Made by a program: the position numbers and the translations under genes. 64,000 nt of DNA from contig CAVOFT010000001.1 in assembly GCA_963695095.1 (NCBI GenBank), positions 96,001 through 160,000 on the forward strand, written 5' to 3'. The notes under the pieces were generated by a model, which did no database searches, had not been told where the DNA came from, and saw only the letters and a list, made by a program, of their open reading frames with translations. The stretch is from an uncultured bacterium. Lineage in GTDB: Bacteria; Krumholzibacteriota; Krumholzibacteriia; JACNKJ01. Shown in pieces: positions 31,301 to 40,719 of the stretch (its first letter is position 1; each line of letters begins with the position of its first letter).

Positions 31301-31986
31301 GGCGTGTAGTCGGCTCCCAGATTGCGTCCTGCCGCCCAACCAATCGTTCCCTGGATCAGATGCTTCCATTCATGCGCGAATCCATCGAAGGCCATTCGCT
31401 CCAACGAGATCGGGCCGTTGGGTAGGGATAGGTGAATCGTTTCATTCGCTTGCCACGAGCCGCCCCCGGGTGGCCTGATCTCGATGTTGAAGTGCGTGAT
31501 ATAGCCCCATTGCCCGTTGACGATCCACTTGACGTGTGTCGGATAGTACGGCGCCCAAGGTTCCTGATCATTGTCGAAGTCGCGATCATGCCCGAAGTAG
31601 TAGAATGTTCGGCGCATGGCGGACTCGTCGTACATGTCGTCCTGCGGCAGCGCCGGTGGCATAACAGCTTGGATGAACTCCTCCATCGTGCCGTTGGCGG
31701 CCTGCGGATCGGGATCGTAGAAGGGCCATGGCCAGTCCGCGGGGCTTGAATAGCTGGTGTCCGCGGGGTTCCAGTACACGCTGATTGTGAAGGTGCTGTC
31801 GAACTCGAGGTAGTTGGCCGCCATGTAGGCAAGCTCGGCGGCCGGCAGCGGCCAGACTGTGATCGGCTCGGGAGCCTCACCGAAGTTCTCCTCCTCCGGC
31901 GTCAGCGCCCACGAGCTTGGAACCGCGAGGCAAGCGATCAGGCCAAAGCACACGAGCGATGAGAATACTATCCGGCGCCTCGACAT
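28387..31986 (-). CDS. Large secreted protein: putative HExxH metallopeptidase, beta-helix region and FlgD-Ig/T9SS-like C-terminal domain
   Basis: AAGGAGG RBS before ATG 31986; signal peptide; FAHEWKHLIQ..SEFFAQCAEY; VYPNPGNPS..LAIYDVAGRLVRAL..WDGNDKFGNPSGSGVYFVQI..QKLVLIR. Confidence 0.88.
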   Translation of the reverse strand: MSRRRIVFSSLVCFGLIACLAVPSSWALTPEEENFGEAPEPITVWPLPAAELAYMAANYLEFDSTFTISVYWNPADTSYSSPADWPWPFYDPDPQAANGTMEEFIQAVMPPALPQDDMYDESAMRRTFYYFGHDRDFDNDQEPWAPYYPTHVKWIVNGQWGYITHFNIEIRPPGGGSWQANETIHLSLPNGPISLERMAFDGFAHEWKHLIQGTIGWAAGRNLGADYTPSEFFAQCAEYLSGWFWLNPTDASTRVELPYTRGLLSGDYYQACEENPADTTQAGHPQVLKHMTYSMFAPYLMDHYSLGTGYSNEAMFRWIHSKEDPLQAEELPARGDPKGLSLLLATDPYVGMFSATTGDGRVREMLQEFALSLWVNDPNLMGEASVWANGASPSGTHGYMVDFDNNCTNDVHTLPLYNVVTGTHKSQTDWVTLADLYPDSPSCAGSPPYPRRALQVSTYGYNVLPFVAAPAIQNEALAYDLRVDVSVDDSYWCDLSDEDVDAELTNNEVLHFYVLGYPEATSALHEAGSEAELINTYEFSDFDINATPTFSFSVGRFGVRYKSVVLIMTLTEKELEDGPRTAKVLPFDYSYWAEGHTAPITADTYWPSASLIHDGVVSLNGEVTVESGAKLTIMPGTQIFCADQAAVVGGVVGFDVEGVLQIGVPEGETVHMDPVQGTWTGISVANSAALSIFSSDIAGFSEISAGANSTVDFAESNFELADEGAGYALSAAGSAEVTSCQFVGSGVFSIGGSAQVGPHALTSSQFTPPPSQAEGPALFFAGDATVEDVTMLGAGPIIFGSGDISVTGLNATAAGIEGLELGLLVGVGVRLALHDSEFIGLTELSAGTGAAVAISGTSFELDPDGAGYALAAADTLDIQDCQFTGTGILSIGNATTAHSLGTSTFSPLPGDVNCTELVVENSASIASVLLNGGGIRCMGGASELNSVELNAPDLAIQPVLTGIAVSGDAVAQAEECTVVGFDYAIRIDDTAMLTLRSSYLDGMQVGVMLNSTQVVDLGRDGSVPDSPNWGNNCFEMASGAVCRISRLRKNASCLAEMNYWGAETPLEGFFCGVGVDYEPFLSECPLEPPGGGQFSFGVVLPGETSSTALKLTVYPNPGNPSFVITTVLPVSGEAYSLAIYDVAGRLVRALAAGTADGHEHQATWDGNDKFGNPSGSGVYFVQIRVGASTAATQKLVLIR

Positions 31987-32016
31987 CCTGTCCCTCCTTG
32001 GCAATCGACCACCTAA

Positions 32017-32046
32017 AGTGTGCCTCAACTGAAAAAAAAAAGTCAA
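32017..32046 (-). promoter_or_regulatory. Putative sigma70 promoter with a poly-T spacer
   Basis: TTGACT, 18 bp (mostly a T run), CACACT, about 30 bp upstream of the start codon. Confidence 0.5.
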
Positions 32047-32307
32047 GAGATCGAGCTCCGAAATCTCGAACCACACCTCGGTAGTGCTAATCTCGTCACG
32101 TTCGCCTGACGGCGCGTGCCGCTCGAGTTCTCCGGCTCCCCGGGATTTCGCGCGGATTGAGATTGGGGTGGGTAGCTTGCTGGGATTTGCGTGCTTGCCG
32201 TGAAGCAGGTGCTTTGCGCTGCCTCGAATGGCGATGAAGCGTCTGGCTGCCAAGGGAAAGCCGCATCCGAGACAACCTAGTCGGAACGTCAGATCGTCGA
32301 GATGCGC

Positions 32308-34926
32308 TCAGACTTCACGGCTGAGCTCCGTGGCCGGGGTGCGGCTCGCGCGCAGGGCGGGGTAGACGCTCGCGACGGCGGCCGCGACGAGAATGAGCGC
32401 CAGCTCGCGCAGGATCTCCGGCCCCGGCCAGGCGGCGCGAATCGTCCAGCCGAAGTAGGCGCGGTTGATGAGGAAGATGAGGATGGCGGCCAGTCCGACG
32501 CCCCCCGCCAGGCCGAGCAAGGCGCCGAAGACCCCGAGCCCGATGCCCTCGCCGAGGAAGAGGCCGAAGAGCTGCCGCCGCTGGGCGCCGAGACAGCGGT
32601 AGAGCGCCAGCTCGGCCACGCGCTCGCGGGCCAGGATGATCAGCGTCAGCGAGATGCCGCAGACGGCGATGAGCAGGGCGAGCGCTTGCAGCAGCCGCGT
32701 GATCGCGAAGGTCTGATCGAAGATGTCGAGGATCTCGGCGCGGAGCTGGCGATCGCTGCGGATGGCCAGCGGCGCGCCGGCGAAGGCGGCCTTCATGGCG
32801 TCGATCGTGGGCTCGACCTGGGCGCCGGGCGCGAGGTAAAGCGCCACATTGCTCGGCTCCTGGGGCCCGAAGAGCCGCGCCAGGGTTGTCGGATGCAGCA
32901 TGGCCCGGCCGCCCTCGCTGCTGTAGTCGTAGGTGACGGCCACCACGGCCAGCCTTGCCAGGCCCGCCGGCGTGTAGAGCGCCAGCGTGTCGCCGATGCC
33001 GAGCTTCTCCTTGCGCGCCAGGGGCTCGGTGATGCTGATCCCTCCGGCCGCAAGCCCCGCGACCATGGCCGCGGGCGTGCCGCGATAGAGCGGAATCACG
33101 CCGCCGCGCGCCGCAAGATCGGGCGCCAGGCCCACGAGGCCGATGCGCCGCCTGCTGGGATGGAGCGTGCCCGGCAGGTTGATCACGCGTTCGGCGGCAT
33201 CCACACCGGGAAAACGCGTGAGGCCCTCGATCACCGCCGGGGCGAGTACGGCCTCCCCGCCCGCGCGCGCCCAGGACTGGCTGGTCACGTAGATGTCCGC
33301 GCGCACGGTTTCTGTGATCCAGGTCTCGAGCGTGCGGCGGAAGCTGCCGATCAGCAACGTGACGGCGATGAGCATGCTCACAGCCACGGCGAGCGCCGCC
33401 AGGGCGAAGGCGCTGGTGCCCAGGCGCAGCGCCAGGTTGCGGAGGCTGTAGGCGAAGCCGAAGCCGGCTACCGGCACGCGGGCACAGGCGCTGCGCAGGA
33501 AGAGCGGCGTGAGGAGCGGCAGCACGACGAGTAGCGCCGCGCCGAGCACGAAGCCGCTCCAGCGCTCCGCGCGCCCGCCGGCCAGCCACCAGCCGAGGGT
33601 CAGCAGGGCCAGGGCCAGGGCCGCCAGGGCCAGATGCGGCGCCAGGCGACTCGTGCGCTCGTGCAGGGTGAAGGGCGCCAGCAGGGCCCGCGCGTTGCGG
33701 CGGCTCATGTCCAGGGCCGGCAGCAGCGCGCCCGCCAGCGCGCCGCCCACGCCGATGGCCGCCGCCATCCACCAGAGCGAGGCCGGCAGCGCAAGGCGCT
33801 CGATCTCGCTGAGCAGGTAGATGTTCGTGAGCGTGGCGCTCACGGTGGCCACGCCGCGCTGGGCCACCCACCAGCCCAAGGGCAGGCCCAGCGCCGTGCC
33901 GAGCGCGCCGAGCAGCGCCGCCTCGGCGAGGATGATCGCCAGGACCTGAGGCGCCGTGGCGCCAAGCGCGCGCAGGAGGCCGAACTCCGCCCGCCGCCTG
34001 ACCAGCGCCGCCTGCACGCTGCTATAGATGAGGAAGAGCCCCACCACGAGGCTGATCAGGCTCAGCGCCGTCAGGTTCAGGCGAAAGGCGGCGAGCAGGC
34101 CTGCGGCTTCACGGCGGCGAGCGCCGGGATCCTGCAGCTCGACCCCTGGCCCCAGGCGCGCGGCGAGGGCCGCGCTCACCGTGGCCGGATCCGCGCCCGC
34201 GGCGAGCCGGATGCCGATTTCGTCCACTCGCCCCGCGCCGCCGAAGAGAGTCTGCACCTGGGCGATGTCCATGAAGGCCAGCTTGCGCGTGGCCGTGGGG
34301 ACGTAGCGCTGGTAGTCCACCAGCGCGCCCACCGTGAGGCGCAGGCGGCTGCTGCCGCTGGTCACGCTCAGGGTGTCGCCGACCTGCCAGCCCATCTCGG
34401 CGGCGAAGGCGGGGCTCAGCGCCACCCAGCCGGGGGTGGCCAGCGGGCCGGCCAGGTCGCGCTCCGCTTCTGGTGCGCGCTCCGCCGCCGGCGCGGGCCG
34501 CACCCCCTGGGCGCCCTCGGCTTCACCTTCCGCGCTGCTCGCCACGCCCAGGGGCAGGCCCAGGGGCGCGAAGAAGTCCAGGCCGACGATCTCCAGGAAG
34601 ACCTCGGGCCGCGCCGCGAGGCTCACGTCCAGGCGCGTGAGCGGCCAGGCCGCGGCCACGCCCGGCGTGCCGAGCACGCGCGGGTAGAGCGTCTCCGGCA
34701 GGTCGGGCGTCAGGCTGCGCACGCTGAGGTCCGCGCGGTCGCTCACCGCTTCCACGCCGCCCACGAAGGCGGACAGGGCGTTGCGATTGAGGATCTGGAT
34801 GCCGATCACCGCCGCCACGCCGAGGGCGACGCCGGCCACCGTGAGCAGGAAGAGGGTCTTGCCGCCGCGCAGCTGGGCCTGGAGCCCCTTGCGGAAGTAG
34901 GGGCCCAGGCCGAGGCGCGACTTCAC
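32308..34926 (-). CDS. ABC transporter permease, duplicated MacB/FtsX type (AttFG-like)
   Basis: [54 protein letters not shown]. Confidence 0.93.
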   Translation of the reverse strand: MKSRLGLGPYFRKGLQAQLRGGKTLFLLTVAGVALGVAAVIGIQILNRNALSAFVGGVEAVSDRADLSVRSLTPDLPETLYPRVLGTPGVAAAWPLTRLDVSLAARPEVFLEIVGLDFFAPLGLPLGVASSAEGEAEGAQGVRPAPAAERAPEAERDLAGPLATPGWVALSPAFAAEMGWQVGDTLSVTSGSSRLRLTVGALVDYQRYVPTATRKLAFMDIAQVQTLFGGAGRVDEIGIRLAAGADPATVSAALAARLGPGVELQDPGARRREAAGLLAAFRLNLTALSLISLVVGLFLIYSSVQAALVRRRAEFGLLRALGATAPQVLAIILAEAALLGALGTALGLPLGWWVAQRGVATVSATLTNIYLLSEIERLALPASLWWMAAAIGVGGALAGALLPALDMSRRNARALLAPFTLHERTSRLAPHLALAALALALLTLGWWLAGGRAERWSGFVLGAALLVVLPLLTPLFLRSACARVPVAGFGFAYSLRNLALRLGTSAFALAALAVAVSMLIAVTLLIGSFRRTLETWITETVRADIYVTSQSWARAGGEAVLAPAVIEGLTRFPGVDAAERVINLPGTLHPSRRRIGLVGLAPDLAARGGVIPLYRGTPAAMVAGLAAGGISITEPLARKEKLGIGDTLALYTPAGLARLAVVAVTYDYSSEGGRAMLHPTTLARLFGPQEPSNVALYLAPGAQVEPTIDAMKAAFAGAPLAIRSDRQLRAEILDIFDQTFAITRLLQALALLIAVCGISLTLIILARERVAELALYRCLGAQRRQLFGLFLGEGIGLGVFGALLGLAGGVGLAAILIFLINRAYFGWTIRAAWPGPEILRELALILVAAAVASVYPALRASRTPATELSREV

Positions 34927-35612
34927 GGTCCCTCCAGCCGGCCGCCCTGCAGGCGCCGCACTTCGCCGGCCAGGCGCGCCAGCTCGAGGCTGTGCGTGGC
35001 GACGATCAGCGTGCTCCCCTCCTCCTCGGCGAGCGCGAGGAGCAGGGCCATCACCAGGCGGCCGTTTTCCTCGTCGAGGCTGCCGGTGGGTTCGTCCGCG
35101 AGCAGCAGCGCCGGGCGCGCGAGCAGCGCGCGGCAGATGGCCACGCGCTGCATCTCGCCGCCGCTGAGCTTTTGCACGGGATCGCCCGCGCGGTCGGCGA
35201 GGCCCACGCGCGCGAGCAGCTCGCCGATGCGCCCGCGCACGGCGGCCGTGCCGGCGCCCGCGATCCAGGCGGGCAGGGCCACGTTGTCGGCGACGCTCAG
35301 GTGCGGCAGCAGGTGGTAGAACTGGAAGACGAAGCCGATCTTCGCGCGCCGCAGCAGCGAGCGCCGGCGGTCGCTGAGGGCCGCGAGGTCTTCGCCCGCG
35401 ACGAGCACGCGGCCTGCCGTGGGCAGGTCGATGCCGCCGGCCAGGTTCAGCAGCGTGGACTTGCCGCTGCCGCTCCTGCCCACCACCGCCAGCGTCGCCC
35501 CCCGCGGCACGCTGAAGCTGAGCGCCGTGAGCACTCCCCGCGGCGCGCCGCCGCCGGGGTCGTAGATCTTGCTGACACTCTGGAATTCGAGGGCGATGGG
35601 CGCGCTGCTCAT
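34923..35612 (-). CDS. ABC transporter ATP-binding protein (LolD/AttE-like)
   Basis: [27 protein letters not shown]. Confidence 0.95.
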   Translation of the reverse strand: MSSAPIALEFQSVSKIYDPGGGAPRGVLTALSFSVPRGATLAVVGRSGSGKSTLLNLAGGIDLPTAGRVLVAGEDLAALSDRRRSLLRRAKIGFVFQFYHLLPHLSVADNVALPAWIAGAGTAAVRGRIGELLARVGLADRAGDPVQKLSGGEMQRVAICRALLARPALLLADEPTGSLDEENGRLVMALLLALAEEEGSTLIVATHSLELARLAGEVRRLQGGRLEGP

Positions 35613-35645
35613 GCCGGCACTATAGCACGCGACGGTGGCCGGGGT

Positions 35646-36209
35646 TCAGGCCCGACGCAGGCTCGCCGCCTCTTCCGCGCGCTGCCAGGCCAGCCAGCGC
35701 CGCGCCATGCGCAGGAGCAGCCAGGCGCCGGCCGCGGTGTAGACGAGAAGCAGGCCCGCGGTGAGATAGCTGTCCAGGCCCAGCGTGTCCGTGTGGCCGT
35801 AGGCGAGCTGGGTGAGACGAAACTCGAGATGGATGAGCCAGGCCATCAGCGCGCTGCGCACGAAGAAGAGGTAGCGCCGCATCAGCCGCCTCACCTGCTC
35901 GGCCGCGCGGCCTTCGAGCAGATGGCCGTCCACGACCGGGTGCCGGATGGCGAGGACTTCCAGAACGCCGAGCACGAGGAAGGCGGCCGTGCCCAGCACG
36001 GGCAGCGTGAAGTAGGCCGGGTACTTCGGCGCCCAGGCCAGGGGCTCGCCGCGGAAGCTGAAGCGGGCGGGTATGGAGTTCGGCAGGCGCCGGTGCTGGC
36101 CGAGCACCATCGCCCAGAGCAGGCCCAGCAGGCCAAAGGGGAAGAGGCCGCTGCCGGGAGGCGCGAGCAGGGTCCAGAGGCGGCGGCGCTTGGGCGCAGG
36201 CGTGGCCAT
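35646..36209 (-). CDS. DUF1648-type membrane protein
   Basis: LPNSIPARFSFRGEP motif after the first TM; four hydrophobic helices. Confidence 0.7.
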   Translation of the reverse strand: MATPAPKRRRLWTLLAPPGSGLFPFGLLGLLWAMVLGQHRRLPNSIPARFSFRGEPLAWAPKYPAYFTLPVLGTAAFLVLGVLEVLAIRHPVVDGHLLEGRAAEQVRRLMRRYLFFVRSALMAWLIHLEFRLTQLAYGHTDTLGLDSYLTAGLLLVYTAAGAWLLLRMARRWLAWQRAEEAASLRRA

Positions 36210-36246
36210 GGCGTTCCCATCGCGGTCGAGCGAGCCCCGGCCTGCC

Positions 36247-36525
36247 TCAGAAGGGCAGATCCTCTCCCGAGCCGGCCGCGGCCGGGGTCTCCCCCTTGGC
36301 ATCGGTCGCCGCCGGCAACTCCTTCAGGACCTTTTCCACCTCCAGCTCCGCCCCGTGGATCTTCTCGCGGCAGTGCTTGACCAGCTCGCTGGCCCGCTTG
36401 ATGCGGTCGGCGAGGCGGTCCAGGTCCGTCTCCTCGGCTTCCAGCTCGGCGAGGATGGCCTCCAGGTCGGCCATCGCCTCCTCGTAGCCGAGCTTGTCGA
36501 CCGGGCTCTCCTTCTTCGCCGTCAT
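36247..36525 (-). CDS. xseB: Exodeoxyribonuclease VII small subunit
   Basis: YEEAMADLEAILAELE..DLDRLADRIKRASELVKHCREKI; ATGA overlap with the xseA stop. Confidence 0.92.
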   Translation of the reverse strand: MTAKKESPVDKLGYEEAMADLEAILAELEAEETDLDRLADRIKRASELVKHCREKIHGAELEVEKVLKELPAATDAKGETPAAAGSGEDLPF

Positions 36526-37949
36526 GGGCGCTCTCCTTCGTCGCCGCCGGGCTGCAGGGCGCGCACTTCGCTTTCCAGCGTGCCGGCGGCGAGGGTGGTG
36601 GTGATGCGGTCGCCCGCGGCGAGACCGCCAGTATCGCGCAGCAGGCGCCCCGCGGCGTCGCGCGTGAGGCTGAAGCCGCGCTCGAGCACGCGGCGGGGGT
36701 CGAGCAGGCGCAGGCGATCCTCGACATGGGCCAGCGCGCGGCGCCTCTCGTTCAGGCGAGCATGGACCGCGGGGGTCAGGCGCTGCTCGCTCTGCGCGAG
36801 ACGCAGGCGCGCGAGGCGCAGCCCCTGGCGGACGAGCAGGGGCAGGGTGGCGGCGCGGTCGCTCCAGGCGCTCCCGCCGCCGGGAGAGCAGGCGCTGGAC
36901 CACCTCCCCCAGGGCGCGCGCCCGGCGCTCCAGGCGCCGGTTCTCGGCGACTAGCCGCTTCTCGCCCGCGCGCTGCACCGCCTTCGGCGCGCTGCTCCAG
37001 GCGCGCCAGCCAGTCCTCCACGCGCTGCACGAGGAACTGCGCCACGGCCGTGGGCGTCTTGAAGGCGCGCTGGGCCACCTCGTCGGCCACGGAGCGATCG
37101 ATCTCGTGGCCGATGCCCGTGAGCACGGGCAGTGGGCACAGGCCGCGATGGCGCGCGCCAGCGGCTCGCCGTCGAAGCCGGCCAGATCGCTGCGGCTGCC
37201 CCCGCCGCGGATGAGGACGACGGCGTCGAAGTGCGCCGCGCGCTTGGCCAGCCAGGCGAAGGCGGCCAGCAGCGAGGCCTCCTGCTCGCTCCCTTGCACG
37301 CGGGCGTCCAGGCAGCTGAGCCGAAAGCCGATGCCCGCCAGGCCCAGCTCCTTCGTGAAATCGTGATAGGCCGCACTCTCCACGCTGGTCACGAGCGCCA
37401 GGCGCAGCGGCACGGCGGCCAGGGGCAGCTTGGCGTTGCGCTCCAGCAGGCCCTCGGCCGCGAGCAGGCGCAGCAGGCGCTCGCGGTCCAGCTTGCGGGC
37501 GCCAAGGCTGGCCTCGAGGTCCACGTCCTCCACGATCAGCGAGAGGCGCCCGCGCGGCGTGTAGTAGTTGAGCGTGACCTCGAAGGTGACCTGCTGGTCG
37601 TCGAGCGCGACTGCCGGGCCCGCCGAGCTGGGCGAGCTGGGCCTGCAGGCGCCCGCGCGTGCCGCGCCAGATCACCATCGAGATCTGCGAGACGGCGCTG
37701 CTCGGGTCGGCGGGATCCTTCTCGACGAGCTCGAAGTAGACGTGCCCGCCCCGCGCCCACTGGCGATCGAAGCCGCTCACGAAGCCCTGGATGCGGAAGC
37801 GGCCGGGGAAGAGTCCGGCCAGGAAGCCGGCGACGCGCTCGTTGAAGAGGCTGACGCTGAGCGCGGGCGCGGGCTCCGGCGCTGCCACCGCCGCGCGGCG
37901 CGGGCGGCGGCGTCTCGAAGAGGCCGCGCTGATGCTCGTCGCTGGACAT
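36522..37949 (-). CDS. xseA: Exodeoxyribonuclease VII large subunit (several frameshifts)
   Basis: LSVSLFN..GHVYFELVE, AAYHDF, VLIRGGGSRSDL, TGIGHEID..KTPTAVA and PRRVLERGFS distributed over three frames. Confidence 0.9.
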
Positions 37950-38052
37950 GGCGGCAGGCTAGGCCATCGCGCAGCACTCGCGCAAGTCGGGCGCGGCCTT
38001 GCCAGCGGGGGAGCCGCAGCCTATCATCGCCGCCTCACGAAAGGACCCCGCC

Positions 38053-39616
38053 ATGAGCCAGCTCGCCCACCCCGCCACCCTGCTCATCCTCGACGGCTGG
38101 AACCTCGGCGAGCCCTCGCCCACCAACGCCTCCTACCTGGCGCGCACGCCCAATCTCGACGCGCTGCTCGAGCGCTACCCGCACACGATGATCAAGACCA
38201 GCGGCCTGGATGTGGGCCTGCCCCGCCGGCCAGATGGGCAACTCCGAAGTGGGGCACCTGAACCTGGGCGCGGGCCGCGTGGTCGATCAGGAGAGCACGC
38301 GCATCGACAAGGTGGTGGCGGCCGGCGAGCTGCTCGCGCAGCCCGCGCTGGCCGAGCTCGTCGCGGCGGCCAAGGCCGCGGGCAAGACCCTGCACCTGGT
38401 CGGGCTCGTCTCCGACGGCGGCGTGCACAGCGGCCTCGGGCATCTCGAGGCCCTGATCGCCGAGGGCGCCGCGGCGGGACTGCGCCTGCGCCTGCACGCC
38501 CTGCTCGACGGCCGCGACACGCCCCCCCGCTCGGGCGCCGGCTTCATTCGCCGCGTGGAGGGCTGGCTGGCGGCGGCGCGCGCCAAGGGCGCCGACTGCG
38601 CGCATCGCCAGCGTGGGCGGCCGCTACTGGGGCATGGACCGGGACAAGCGCTGGGACCGCGTGCGCCGGCACTGGGAGGTGATCGTCCTCGGCGAGGGGC
38701 CCAGCGACGTCGATCCGGTGAGCGCCGTGGAGAGCTCCTACGCGCGCGACATCACGGACGAGTTCATGGAGCCGGTGGTGATCGTCGACGCGGACGGCAG
38801 GCCGCTCGCGGCGCCGTGGCCGAGGGCGACGCGCTCTTCTTCTTCAACTTCCGCGCCGATCGCGCCCGCCAGCTCACGCGCGCCCTCACCGAAACGGATT
38901 TCGAGGGCTTCCCCCGCGCCGGCTTTCCGCGCATCCGCTTCGCCTCGATGACCGAGTACGACGCCACCTTCGCCCTGCCCCAGGCCTTCCCCCCGCTCAC
39001 GCTCGATGGCCTCTTCGCCGACGTCTTCGCCGGCGCCGGCCTCAAGAACCTGCGCCTGGCCGAGACCGAGAAGTACGCCCACGTCACCTTCTTCTTCAAC
39101 GGCGGCCGCGAGACGCCCTTCCCGGGCGAGGAGCGCATCCTCGTGCCCAGTCCGAAGGTGGCCACCTACGACCTGCAGCCGGAGATGAGCCTGCCCGAGG
39201 TCACCGCGCGCTATCTCGAGCAGATCGAGAAGGGCCGCTTCGACGCCCACATCGTGAACTTCGCCAACTGCGACATGGTCGGCCACAGCGGCATCATCAA
39301 GGCCGCCGTGGCCGCAGTGGAGGCGGTGGATCTCGCCGTGGGCAAGGTTGTCGAGGCCACGCTCGACAAAGGCGGCTTCCTGCTCATCACCGCTGATCAC
39401 GGCAACGTCGAGAAGATGTGGGATCCGGAGACGAATGGCCCCTACACGGCGCACACCACTGAACCCGTGCCGCTGATCCTCGTCGATCCCCGCTATCGCG
39501 GCGCCCTCGCGCCGGGTCGCCTGGCGGATGTGATCCCGAGCCTGCTGGCGCAGGCCGGGCTCGCTCCTTCCGCGCAAATGACGGGCAGGGATCTGCGCCG
39601 ACCGGGCGGCGCCTGA
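38053..39616 (+). CDS. gpmI: 2,3-bisphosphoglycerate-independent phosphoglycerate mutase (frameshifts near 38225, 38605, 38810)
   Basis: LLILDGW, QMGNSEVGH, SDGGVHS, DGRD, GGRYWGMDRDKRW, ETEKYAHVTFFFNGG, TADHGN. Confidence 0.95.
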
Positions 39617-39770
39617 TCGGGCAGCTTATCTTGGCGGCAATCCGAAATCCCGCTGGGAGTTATTGGAAACCTGCCGTGCCCGGGGGCGAATCAGCCATGC
39701 AAATGAGTATTGCATCCGTCACGAAATTGAGTAAGATTTGCCCTGACGTGGCCATGGCGCCCCACAAAGG

Positions 39771-40187
39771 ATGGAAAGCATGAACGCCAAAGAACTCGGC
39801 AAGTCCCTGGAGCAGATGATCGAGGAAATCGTCGTCAAGACCGCGAAGGCCGTCGCCAAGGAGCTGCCTTCCGAGGAGCAGCTGAAAACCCTCGAAGAGC
39901 GGACCAAGAGCATCGAGGTAACGCTCAACCACATCCTCAAGAAGTCCGGCGGCAATCCCCTGCGGAAGTCGAATCGCGGCCGCAAGCCGGGAGCCCAGCG
40001 CATCTGCGGCGAGCAGAATTGCAACCGTCCGGTTGTCGCCCGCGGGCTCTGCAGCATGCACTACCAGCGCTGGCGGGCCGAGCAGGTCAAGACCAACCAG
40101 GAAGCGCGGCATCCCGCCCGTGCCGGCGCTCAGGGGCGCAAGGCCAAGGGTGCCTCGAAGAAGGAACTGGTCAAGGAAGTCGCCTAG
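39771..40187 (+). CDS. Basic coiled-coil protein with RGRKP motif and Cx4C..Cx2H zinc finger (Myxococcus VegA-like)
   Basis: N-terminal coiled coil; NRGRKPG; CGEQNCNRPVVARGLCSMHYQRWR; Lys-rich tail. Confidence 0.75.
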   Translation: MESMNAKELGKSLEQMIEEIVVKTAKAVAKELPSEEQLKTLEERTKSIEVTLNHILKKSGGNPLRKSNRGRKPGAQRICGEQNCNRPVVARGLCSMHYQRWRAEQVKTNQEARHPARAGAQGRKAKGASKKELVKEVA

Positions 40188-40346
40188 TTTCCGCTTTCCC
40201 TTAAGGTGGCACCTGCAGAAAAAACAGGGCCTCCGGGACTTGTTCACCCTTGAGGGCAGCCTTAACTTGACCCGGTAAATCCACCGGCGATTTCTGCCTT
40301 CGGCATCACCGAAGCTGTGCACCGGGAACCACCCAGGAGTCTTCGC

Positions 40347-40538
40347 ATGGCAATCACGAAAGTCTGGATCGAAGAGGGCTGCACGGTCTGCAATCTCTGC
40401 GAGGACACGGCGCCCGAGGTCTTCGAGGTCACTGACGATTCTTGCATCGTTCGCGAGGGCGTGGACTTCTCCGCCTTCGAGGAGGAGATCGTTCAGGCCG
40501 CCGAGGAGTGCCCCGTCGAGATCATCAAGTACGAGTAG
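40347..40538 (+). CDS. Single-cluster ferredoxin
   Basis: CTVCNLC..APEVF..AAEECPVEII; AGGAG RBS. Confidence 0.92.
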   Translation: MAITKVWIEEGCTVCNLCEDTAPEVFEVTDDSCIVREGVDFSAFEEEIVQAAEECPVEIIKYE

Positions 40539-40566
40539 CGCTCGGCCCGGACCGCAGCCCCTTCTC

Positions 40567-40600
40567 CGCCCGGAGTCCGCGACTCCGGGCGTCCCTTTTG
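40567..40600 (+). terminator. Intrinsic terminator
   Basis: CGCCCGGAGTC-cgc-GACTCCGGGCG followed by TCCCTTTT. Confidence 0.7.
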
Positions 40601-40719
40601 GGGTGAGTCCCGACCCGCATTGTGGCTGGATGCCCGCCGGTCCCCCGCCTATACTGGCGCAGCCGGAGCCGGCGCCGTCCCGGTGTCCAGATCGCCATCT
40701 CCAGCAATCCAGGGTTCTC

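Noticed and set aside
26456..32300. Prophage, IS or integron
   Set aside because: No integrase, transposase, phage gene or attC-like array recognised
36247..37533. Apparent XseA-XseB fusion
   Set aside because: Frameshift artefact; xseA stop and xseB start overlap at 36522-36525
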